IMG/VR virus record: IMGVR_UViG_3300021255_000027
Location: 3,239-67,238 of that record
Length of the DNA: 64,000 nt
Reading direction: 5' to 3' (one strand)
Origin: a virus
Translations under genes and position numbers: made by a program
Notes under the pieces: generated by a model
Databases searched by the model: none
Seen by the model: the letters and a program-made list of their open reading frames with translations, nothing else
Told to the model about the DNA's origin: nothing
In this document: positions 57,380 through 64,000 of the stretch, piece by piece
Layout: every line of letters starts with the position of its first letter
Position numbering within the stretch: the first letter of the stretch is position 1

Positions 57380-58119
57380 TGGAAGGTTGGGTTAAGATAT
57401 TCCGCAAGATGCGTGACTGGGAATGGTACAAGAACAGCAATACGAAGGATCTGTTCATCCATCTCCTTCTCTCGGCCAATAATGAAGACAAGATGTGGCA
57501 CGGAATCCTCGTGAAGAGAGGCCAGCTTGCAACCTCATTGTCCTCCTTGGCATCAGACCTCGGAATGTCTATCCAGAATGTGCGGACAAGCATTGCTAAC
57601 TTAAAATCAACACACGAAATAACAAGCGAATCAACAAACAAACTAACAATCATAACTGTCTGTAGATTCGAGGATTACCAAGAGAGTCAACAAACTGACC
57701 AACACGCTGACCAACACGCCACCCAACAGCAAACTAACAACAAACAAGAAGAAAAGAATATATATCCCCCCTATATATCTAAAGATATATTATCCCCCCT
57801 TAAAGATCGTCAGGATCGATTCTACAATGACCTCGTCCCGTTCATCGGACAATACGGCAAAGAGATGCTTCGGGAATTCTACGACTACTGGTCTGAAACA
57901 GACCGCTCCTCAAAACCCAGAATGAGATTCGAGAAAGAGAAGACATGGTGTCTGGACAGAAGGCTGGAGAGATGGCGAAGAAACAACGAAGAGTTCAAGA
58001 GACCAAGAGCAACACAACAACAGAAACCAAGCAAACTAGACCAGTACAAAGCACAAGCACAACGATTAGGACTTCTTGATTATGACACAGACCAAAGCAA
58101 TAGCATTGACGAGCAGTAA
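57379..58119 (+). CDS. phage replication initiator/replisome organiser
   Basis: GWVKIFRK..DWEWY; HTH; FYDYW C-terminal motif; internal iterons. Confidence 0.85.
   Translation: MEGWVKIFRKMRDWEWYKNSNTKDLFIHLLLSANNEDKMWHGILVKRGQLATSLSSLASDLGMSIQNVRTSIANLKSTHEITSESTNKLTIITVCRFEDYQESQQTDQHADQHATQQQTNNKQEEKNIYPPYISKDILSPLKDRQDRFYNDLVPFIGQYGKEMLREFYDYWSETDRSSKPRMRFEKEKTWCLDRRLERWRRNNEEFKRPRATQQQKPSKLDQYKAQAQRLGLLDYDTDQSNSIDEQ
57605..57800. repeat. probable replication origin iterons
   Basis: 12-bp-period AACA-core repeats 57605-57652 and 57696-57743, then AT-rich tracts. Confidence 0.6.
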
Positions 58120-58585
58120 TGTCCCTGCGATTCCGGATGCCAAGACCCTTGCATCGGTTAGGATGGATAAGTCCATCCCTCATTACAAGGATCTGTCGCA
58201 AGCCCAGAGGGTCAAGTGGCTCAAGGGACAGATCGTGTCCCTGAACATGATCCGCCACCAGATGGCTGAGGACTGGCAGGTTGAATACGATGCACAAGCC
58301 CTCGATGAGTTCATCATGGATGACCACTTCGCCATGGACTACACCTTCTCCGAGATCAAGGATGCTTTCAAGAGGGGATTGATGGGAGATTACGGAGATT
58401 ACTTCGGACTTACCGCTGAATCCCTCTACGGCTTCATCAGAGGCTACTTCATGAGCGAGAAGAAGAGGACTGCCACCAAGCTCGTAAGAGAGGCTCTGGA
58501 AGGCAGGAAAGAGCCAAAGGGAGAGTTCTATCTGGAGAAGGTGCGCTACCACGCAGCACAGATGGCTAAACGAAACAAGATATGA
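58082..58585 (+). CDS. putative helicase loader-like protein
   Basis: Follows initiator; SEIKDAFKRGLMGDYG. Confidence 0.5.
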   Translation: MTQTKAIALTSSNVPAIPDAKTLASVRMDKSIPHYKDLSQAQRVKWLKGQIVSLNMIRHQMAEDWQVEYDAQALDEFIMDDHFAMDYTFSEIKDAFKRGLMGDYGDYFGLTAESLYGFIRGYFMSEKKRTATKLVREALEGRKEPKGEFYLEKVRYHAAQMAKRNKI

Positions 58586-58818
58586 GCAAGACCGGCCAGT
58601 TCTGTCCCGATTGCAAGACCTGCGGATGGCTTGGACATGGGAAGTATCCTGATGGCAGACCCTACGTCACTTGCGAGTTCTACGGAACATTCCTCAAGGA
58701 TATGATCGAGACAGAATGCAAAAGGAAGATGACCCAGGACGAGGTAATGAGGTTCAAGACACAGAATGCTGAAAGGCTATTAAAAACGAAGAGAAATGAG
58801 CGAAAAGGTAAGCGTTGA
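58582..58818 (+). CDS. hypothetical Cys-rich protein
   Basis: CPDCKTC motif. Confidence 0.65.
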   Translation: MSKTGQFCPDCKTCGWLGHGKYPDGRPYVTCEFYGTFLKDMIETECKRKMTQDEVMRFKTQNAERLLKTKRNERKGKR

Positions 58819-59203
58819 GGATGTAGAGGCCAACATTCTCTATACAATGAGCCAGGCGATGGATCTGATACTCAAAGATGCAGACAGAAGGATGAGAGCG
58901 AAGAGGGGAGAGTTCAGACATGAGAAGAAGTATCTGTTCAACCGATACGCAAAGGCAGTAAGGGAAGCCTGTGTGCTGTCAGAGCAGCTTGGAGAAGACA
59001 TCATAACGAGTGCGGCAACGAAGGACTTCAAGGAGTTCGACACATGGCAGGAAGAGAGCAATGAACTGGCAAGGCTGATGCTTCTATATGCCGACAAGTC
59101 AAGCGAGGACGGAGCAACTGAAGCGATATTCGGCTACCTCAATTCCTTCAGAGGCGCAGGGATAATAACGGAAGATGTGTTAAAGAGATTCTATCTGAAA
59201 TGA
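58796..59203 (+). CDS. hypothetical protein
   Basis: ORF track. Confidence 0.7.
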   Translation: MSEKVSVEDVEANILYTMSQAMDLILKDADRRMRAKRGEFRHEKKYLFNRYAKAVREACVLSEQLGEDIITSAATKDFKEFDTWQEESNELARLMLLYADKSSEDGATEAIFGYLNSFRGAGIITEDVLKRFYLK

Positions 59204-59346
59204 AAGACTGCCCCTATCTCCAACAGAGAGACGAAATATACCTCGGAGGTGAACGTCACGACCTCTACTGCTCATACCACCTTGAATGGTGCCCCAACTG
59301 TGACAGATGCAACATTAACAAGCAAGAAGAAGATGATGAACGATGA
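59200..59346 (+). CDS. small Cys-rich protein (48 aa, MKDCPYL...CPNCDRC)
   Basis: Hand translation; ATGA coupling. Confidence 0.55.
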   Translation: MKDCPYLQQRDEIYLGGERHDLYCSYHLEWCPNCDRCNINKQEEDDER

Positions 59347-60088
59347 AATAGCAATAGTGATTCCCTACCTGGCTGAAGCAGCCCAGGGGAATGAACTGGA
59401 ACTGGCAGTCACCGGATGGAGAAAGCACTTCATCCAGCCCCATCACTTCATCATCGTTGGAGACTCGCATCCCATTGTATCCTCTGGAGATGATATAACC
59501 TTCATGGATCTTCCGAGGGTCAAGAAGTGCGAAGACGGCAACTACCTTCCCCATATTGACATCGTCAAGAAGTTCATTGCTGCTTCAATGTATCTTTCCT
59601 CAGAGGGGATTGACCACTTCATCTACACCTGCGATGACATCTACCCGGTCAACGATTTCTCACTCGTGGAGATCCTCTTCCCGAAGGTTGCGGGCAAGAT
59701 GCATCGGAATGATTCGGACACAACAGGCTGGGCAGGAGACCTCCAGAGGACAAGGAAAATCTGCGAGGAGGAGAACCTCCCTTTATGGGACTGGGTATGC
59801 CACCTGCCCGTATTCTACGACATCAATAATCTCCTCTCGGTCATAGGGGAATACTGCTGCTTCGAAACGAGTTATGTCCTTGAGAACATCTACTTCAACA
59901 AGACACAGGACAACAGGATACCTCTTGTCCTCAACGGATCTGACAACCTCAAGTACGAAGTCAGCACCAATCCTCTGGACTCTTTCGGGTTCGATAGGGC
60001 TTTACAAGAGAAGATATTCATCACCAACACCAACTCCGGCTGGAGTCAGGAACTGGAAGACAGATTAAAGAAACATTACAACAAATAA
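59333..60088 (+). CDS. GT-A/Stealth-like nucleotide-sugar transferase
   Basis: IVIPY, ELELAV..WRKH, IIVGD, FIYTCDDIY (xDD motif), HLP. Confidence 0.55.
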   Translation: MMNDEIAIVIPYLAEAAQGNELELAVTGWRKHFIQPHHFIIVGDSHPIVSSGDDITFMDLPRVKKCEDGNYLPHIDIVKKFIAASMYLSSEGIDHFIYTCDDIYPVNDFSLVEILFPKVAGKMHRNDSDTTGWAGDLQRTRKICEEENLPLWDWVCHLPVFYDINNLLSVIGEYCCFETSYVLENIYFNKTQDNRIPLVLNGSDNLKYEVSTNPLDSFGFDRALQEKIFITNTNSGWSQELEDRLKKHYNK

Positions 60089-60100
60089 AGCAAGAAAGAT

Positions 60101-60328
60101 ATGGCAAACATCAACCTTAATGCAAAGTCAAGCGCATCCCAGACCGAGATGATCCTTGAACACATGATGGCAGGGAGATCTATAACTCCTATGGAAGCCC
60201 TCAACCTCTACCATTCGGAGAGACTGGCAGCAAGGATCTCCGACATCAAGAAGAGAGGATATATCGTCTATACGGAGATGGTAAAAGACTCCAAGACGGG
60301 AAAGAGGTACGCACAATACTCGATGTAA
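60101..60328 (+). CDS. winged HTH protein
   Basis: ITPMEAL...RLAARISDIKKRGY. Confidence 0.8.
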   Translation: MANINLNAKSSASQTEMILEHMMAGRSITPMEALNLYHSERLAARISDIKKRGYIVYTEMVKDSKTGKRYAQYSM

Positions 60329-60330
60329 TC

Positions 60331-61038
60331 ATGGACTGGCAATATACACAAGACAACCCCTTGAGGGTAGTGACCCTCTGCTCTGGCTACGACAGTCAGC
60401 TTATGGCAATCCGCAACCTCGGCATCCCCTATGTCTGCGTAGGGTGGTCGGAGATCGACAAGTATGCTATCAAGGCTCACGATGCCGTGTTCCCAGAGTA
60501 TGCGGACAGGAATCTCGGTGACATGACCAAGATAGATTGGAGTGGAGTGGAAGACTTTGACCTCTTGTTCTATTCGACTCCTTGCACAGACTTCTCAAAT
60601 GCGGGCAAGCAGGCAGGGGGTGAGGAAGGATCAGGCACCCGCTCTTCTATACTCTGGTACACCAGACACGCAATAATTACGAAGAAGCCAAAGTACCTGG
60701 TGATGGAAAATGTCAAAGCCCTTGTCAGCGACAAGTTCCGTCCGCTCTTCCTCAAGTGGTGTGACGAACTCACCTCCTATGGCTATACCAACTTCATGCA
60801 GGTACTCAATGCCAAGGACTATGGTATCCCGCAGAATCGTGAAAGGATCTTCGTTGTCAGCATCCTTGGTGATGCCTGGTATTCCTTCCCACAGCCGAGG
60901 GAACTGAAGCTCAGACTAAAGGATATGCTTGAAGACAAGGTGGACGAGAAATACTACCTCGACCAGGATAAGGTCAACCAGTTCATTGAAAGCCTTGATG
61001 ATGAAAAACTCAAGCTCATTGAAAAGGATTCCGATTAA
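60331..61038 (+). CDS. C5 cytosine DNA methyltransferase, N-terminal part (motifs I-VIII)
   Basis: LCSGYD (I), SEID, GDMT, TPCTDFS (IV), ENV (VI), PQNRER (VIII); stops before motifs IX-X. Confidence 0.92.
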   Translation: MDWQYTQDNPLRVVTLCSGYDSQLMAIRNLGIPYVCVGWSEIDKYAIKAHDAVFPEYADRNLGDMTKIDWSGVEDFDLLFYSTPCTDFSNAGKQAGGEEGSGTRSSILWYTRHAIITKKPKYLVMENVKALVSDKFRPLFLKWCDELTSYGYTNFMQVLNAKDYGIPQNRERIFVVSILGDAWYSFPQPRELKLRLKDMLEDKVDEKYYLDQDKVNQFIESLDDEKLKLIEKDSD

Positions 61039-61196
61039 TGAATATCTGGATAGTACCGATGAAGGGCAAGGGACACGAGGTGACTGCGAGGAACATAGTG
61101 CTTGATGATCCGATGGAGGATTGCAGACCACTAACAACCGACCCGAAGGACAATGTGATGGTTTATGAAGATGATACCGAAAGCCGTAATGGGTAG
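61038..61196 (+). CDS. TRD-like mini-ORF 1
   Basis: Hand translation ...CRPLTTDPKDNVMVYE... Confidence 0.6.
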   Translation: MNIWIVPMKGKGHEVTARNIVLDDPMEDCRPLTTDPKDNVMVYEDDTESRNG

Positions 61197-61335
61197 CGCA
61201 CAGAAGAACTGCTACTTCGGACTTGTGGATTCATATTGTTCCTGCATAACTGCCGCTTGTGGAATGGGGGGGGGCCAAATCCCGATGATAATTGAAACAA
61301 ATGAGAAAGATGATACCGATAAACACGACTGCTGA
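61165..61335 (+). CDS. TRD-like mini-ORF 2 (G9 tract, in frame)
   Basis: ...CSCITAACGMGGGQIPMIIE... Confidence 0.65.
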   Translation: MKMIPKAVMGSAQKNCYFGLVDSYCSCITAACGMGGGQIPMIIETNEKDDTDKHDC

Positions 61336-61543
61336 CGGATGCGCTTTCACAGTCAGAGCAAGATACGATGGGGCATGCCTAAAGAGTTTGACAGGGGGGG
61401 GGCGGATACTATCCGAATACGGGTGTATTGGAGGTCTCGCAAGAACCCTTACCGCACGATACTACAAGACAGGAGTCACCAATATAATCGGACATTGGGA
61501 TGATGGATTTGCGACAACAGGAATCCTTGAGGTGTATGAATGA
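61301..61543 (+). CDS. TRD-like mini-ORFs 3/4 joined through a G9 tract
   Basis: IPINTTADGCAFTVRARY and GLARTLTARYYK...TTGILEVYE. Confidence 0.65.
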   Translation: MRKMIPINTTADGCAFTVRARYDGACLKSLTGGGRILSEYGCIGGLARTLTARYYKTGVTNIIGHWDDGFATTGILEVYE

Positions 61544-61727
61544 TGATGTGATAATCCTTGGGCTTTATAGTCCCAACTCCCAGATGGGGGGGGCGAGTTT
61601 TCTCAAAGGAAGGTCTGGCTCCGACTATAATGGCAGGGACACACGGATATGGGTTCGGATGTATATTGGAATATGGAGAAGATCAGGATAAGGGAAGCGA
61701 CAGAGAAGGGCTATGCCGAGGTCGGTG
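61536..61727 (+). pseudogene. TRD-like mini-ORF 5, out of frame at a G8 tract
   Basis: One G fewer gives GGRVFSKEGLAPTIMAGTHGYGFGCILEY. Confidence 0.65.
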
Positions 61728-61864
61728 AAGGAGGAGTGTTTGATGCGAGCTACCCGACCTCCAACACCAGGAGAGGCAGAGTCCAATATGGTGGGGCGAT
61801 TTGTCCGACACTGACATCCGCAAGACAGGAGATATACTACTTTGAGGAGGTATGGATAAGATAG
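61673..61864 (+). CDS. TRD-like mini-ORF 6
   Basis: IREATEKGY...SYPTSNTRRGRVQ...ICPTLT. Confidence 0.75.
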   Translation: MEKIRIREATEKGYAEVGEGGVFDASYPTSNTRRGRVQYGGAICPTLTSARQEIYYFEEVWIR

Positions 61865-62034
61865 TTCACATAGGCAATCTCTATGGCCCAGACAGAGGGA
61901 CAGGATATGCGGGGAACATCTGGGGCAAGCAAGGTCTCGCACCTGCTTTGACAACGATGGGTGGGGGCATGAGAGAGCCGATGATAGTTGAATATGAGGA
62001 TAAGGATGATACGATACCCACATGGGTACTTTAG
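61852..62034 (+). CDS. TRD-like mini-ORF 7
   Basis: GTGYAGNIW...GLAPALTTMGGGMREPMIVEYE. Confidence 0.75.
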   Translation: MDKIVHIGNLYGPDRGTGYAGNIWGKQGLAPALTTMGGGMREPMIVEYEDKDDTIPTWVL

Positions 62035-62185
62035 GGGAGGGTTATGGGAAAACGGATATGCCCCGACCATCACGACTTCCGCTTGGGAATTTAACAACTA
62101 TGTGCTTGAGATACATTACGACTGCGATACTGACAAGGGAACGGAGCGAAGAGGAGAAGAGGAGAAGACATATCTACGGAGATAA
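61994..62185 (+). CDS. TRD-like mini-ORF 8
   Basis: PHGYFRGG...APTITTSAWEFNNYVLE. Confidence 0.7.
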   Translation: MRIRMIRYPHGYFRGGLWENGYAPTITTSAWEFNNYVLEIHYDCDTDKGTERRGEEEKTYLRR

Positions 62186-62339
62186 GGGAGCGAAATTCTC
62201 TGGTGGCAAGATACCGAAAATTGACCTTGGACAAGTGATAGGAACAGTTACTACGATGGTTACAAAAGACTTGTTATTGATTGAGAGTTATGAATCGGAT
62301 AGTGATAGCGGGAAGGATAGGCAGACATCAGCAGGATAG
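62100..62339 (+). CDS. TRD-like mini-ORF 9
   Basis: LTRERSEEEKRRRH...IGTVTTMVTKDLLLIESYE. Confidence 0.7.
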   Translation: MCLRYITTAILTRERSEEEKRRRHIYGDKGAKFSGGKIPKIDLGQVIGTVTTMVTKDLLLIESYESDSDSGKDRQTSAG

Positions 62340-62502
62340 GATAATATCTACCGAAGGGATTTGCCCAGCATTGACCGCAGGATCACATCTGAACGCAGGA
62401 TGGATGAATTTGATATTGGATGTTAAGGATAATAATGAACACAACGGAGGATGGGATATGCCGGACAATCCTCGCAACCTACTACAAGATAGGGACGTAT
62501 AA
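62290..62502 (+). CDS. TRD-like mini-ORF 10
   Basis: HQQDRIISTEGICPALTAG. Confidence 0.7.
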   Translation: MNRIVIAGRIGRHQQDRIISTEGICPALTAGSHLNAGWMNLILDVKDNNEHNGGWDMPDNPRNLLQDRDV

Positions 62503-62584
62503 CGTGTTTGAGCATAGTTTCCCGGCGGTGATGGAAGTGTATGAAAGTAAAAGAGATGGAGAAGGGTTGCTCGTACAAGGGTAA
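62420..62584 (+). CDS. TRD-like mini-ORF 11
   Basis: Hand translation MNTTEDGICRTILATYYK...PAVMEVYE. Confidence 0.65.
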   Translation: MLRIIMNTTEDGICRTILATYYKIGTYNVFEHSFPAVMEVYESKRDGEGLLVQG

Positions 62585-62924
62585 GTTCATACCTGTCTGG
62601 TGGGGGCTTTATGATGGGACTTCCGTTGAGTTCTTCCGAGGTGCGCTCCCAGGAATATCCAGGACCCTCAAATGTGATAATAGTGCAAGTGTATGTGTAG
62701 AACAAATTGATAACGATATGGCAAAGATTTACAGAATTAGAAAGCTCACTCCACTTGAGTGCATGAGACTGATGGGAGTCAAGGATGAGGACACACAGAA
62801 AATGAAGGATGCAGGGATATCCGATAGCCAACTCTATAAGATGGCAGGAAACTCAATCGTAGTCCCCGTGCTTGAAGGAATCTTCACCCAGATGTTCAGG
62901 GTAGACAAAGACTGTTTGTTTTAA
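62541..62924 (+). CDS. TRD-like module 12 fused to C5 methyltransferase motifs IX-X
   Basis: GISRTLKC; YRIRKLTPLECMRLMG (IX); LYKMAGNSIVVPV (X). Confidence 0.9.
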   Translation: MKVKEMEKGCSYKGKFIPVWWGLYDGTSVEFFRGALPGISRTLKCDNSASVCVEQIDNDMAKIYRIRKLTPLECMRLMGVKDEDTQKMKDAGISDSQLYKMAGNSIVVPVLEGIFTQMFRVDKDCLF

Positions 62925-62930
62925 TGGGTG

Positions 62931-63038
62931 GCCGATGTGGTATAAGGGTATGATCGCCTTCCTATGGAAGTCTAAAGGATTTCGTCTATTGCAAGCGGCA
63001 TAGGTAAGGAGATGTCGGTTCGAGTCCGACCATCGGCC
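62931..63038 (+). ncRNA. tRNA-like RNA with enlarged anticodon arm
   Basis: GCCGATG/CATCGGC acceptor stem; GTCGG-TTCGAGT-CCGAC T arm. Confidence 0.6.
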
Positions 63039-63058
63039 AATCCAAAAAAGAAAAGATC

Positions 63059-63412
63059 ATGAGCAAACCAAACGATTTGACAGGCAAGAGATTCGGCAGG
63101 CTGACAGTGCTACACGCAACAGAGATGCGTGACGGAGCAAGAGGGATAGTGTGGATGTGCAAGTGTGACTGCGGTGAAGTGCTGCCGATAAGCGGACAGA
63201 GCCTGAAACGAGGAATAACAAAGTCCTGCGGATGCCAAAGGGCTGACATAGCAAGACAACACATGCTGAAACTGAGAGAAAAGAATATGCTCGGAAGGAA
63301 GCCGACAAAGGAGAAGAAAGAGTTCATAGACGATGACCCGCTTGTGGATGATGACCTCTGGATGTTCGGCAACCACCAAGCGATAAAGAGACTACAGAAG
63401 ATGTTTCATTAA
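63059..63412 (+). CDS. protein with HNH/AP2-associated N-terminal Zn domain, no nuclease domain seen
   Basis: DLTGKRFGRLTV...WMCKCDCG...KSCGC. Confidence 0.75.
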   Translation: MSKPNDLTGKRFGRLTVLHATEMRDGARGIVWMCKCDCGEVLPISGQSLKRGITKSCGCQRADIARQHMLKLREKNMLGRKPTKEKKEFIDDDPLVDDDLWMFGNHQAIKRLQKMFH

Positions 63413-63431
63413 CTCGCAGAGATGCGCTGCT

Positions 63432-63525
63432 TCCCTCCTATGTCACGGTGACAGAATGTCGATCATACTTTTTTCATCACGCACGTAATACTTTGCCCAT
63501 TGGGGTTCGACTCCCCGGGAGGGAA
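63432..63525 (+). ncRNA. tRNA-like RNA with replaced anticodon arm
   Basis: TCCCTCC/GGAGGGA acceptor; TGTC-ACGGT-GACA D arm; TGGGG-TTCGACT-CCCCG T arm. Confidence 0.6.
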
Positions 63526-63546
63526 CAAGAAATTAACATTAAGGAT

Positions 63547-63855
63547 ATGGAATTAACATTAACAACTAACATTAACAAGACGGACATCATGGACGTGTTC
63601 AAGAAATCAAGGGAGCGCAGGAGGATAGACTACCTCCGAGCCGACTGCAAGAGGGTGTTCAACGGTGTAGTACACAACTGCTGCAAAGTAACTGCTAATA
63701 ACCACAAGGTTGCCTTTGCCATCCGTAGATCGGTGTTCGGCTTCCCTATGGTAGAGCAGATTGACAGACCCAATGACGTGATGCTTCATGAGAAGGGTGA
63801 CTGGGTTGTGGTCAAGGACGGGTATGTGTACGAACTGACTAAAAGGGTGGAGTAA
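63547..63855 (+). CDS. hypothetical protein
   Basis: ATG after A-rich leader. Confidence 0.65.
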   Translation: MELTLTTNINKTDIMDVFKKSRERRRIDYLRADCKRVFNGVVHNCCKVTANNHKVAFAIRRSVFGFPMVEQIDRPNDVMLHEKGDWVVVKDGYVYELTKRVE

Positions 63856-63856
63856 T

Positions 63857-64000
63857 ATGAAGGCTAAAGAATTGATGATTGGAGACTGGGTTATGCCTTT
63901 GAAAAAGAAGTTAAAAGGCATCCCAGGCAAAGTAATAACTATTGACGGAGGAACGAACGTATGTTGGATAGACAGCAAGGATTATTCCTGCCTTGTCCCA
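63857..64000 (+). CDS. hypothetical protein MKAKELMIGDWV..., truncated at window end
   Basis: Hand translation; open to end of window. Confidence 0.6.
   Translation, partial: MKAKELMIGDWVMPLKKKLKGIPGKVITIDGGTNVCWIDSKDYSCLVP

Noticed and set aside
61038-62584. Simple decayed pseudogene
   Set aside because: Breaks fall regularly at module ends with a new ATG each time and catalytic motifs are intact; not fully excluded without read data
60331-62924. Stop-codon reassignment explaining the fragmented methyltransferase
   Set aside because: Fragments lie in different frames and end in TAA, TAG and TGA; other genes read normally in code 11
63059-63412. Active homing endonuclease
   Set aside because: Only the N-terminal Zn-binding segment is present; no HNH catalytic motif seen
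62931-63525. Canonical decoding tRNAs
   Set aside because: Neither has a 5-bp stem with 7-nt anticodon loop, so no isotype was assigned

Overview
Most of a temperate Bacteroidota phage genome with podovirus-like architecture. Host assignment rests on TAnnTTTG promoters, BACON/Ig-like tail proteins and a Bacteroides-type tyrosine integrase; no tape measure gene is seen. From left to right: small early/accessory ORFs (+), an uncharacterised six-gene operon, a lysis cassette, tail/Ig-like genes, capsid and scaffold (-), an inverted rhomboid-terminase operon (+), portal, tail stabiliser, a 5407-aa polyvalent ejection protein, adaptor-like genes, integrase with an attP-like site, repressors, and a recombination/replication module. 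The most notable observations are: (1) a C5 DNA methyltransferase split into N- and C-terminal parts around about 12 overlapping mini-ORFs that each look like a target-recognition domain, with poly-G tracts that switch individual modules; (2) a major capsid protein with an N-terminal hydrophobic anchor next to a phage-encoded rhomboid protease; (3) a giant protein punctuated by nine copies of a short linker motif at domain boundaries; (4) a perfect 16-bp motif 54-58 nt upstream of four late operons; (5) two tRNA-like RNAs with replaced anticodon arms. All family calls come from motif recognition by eye; no database searches were run.
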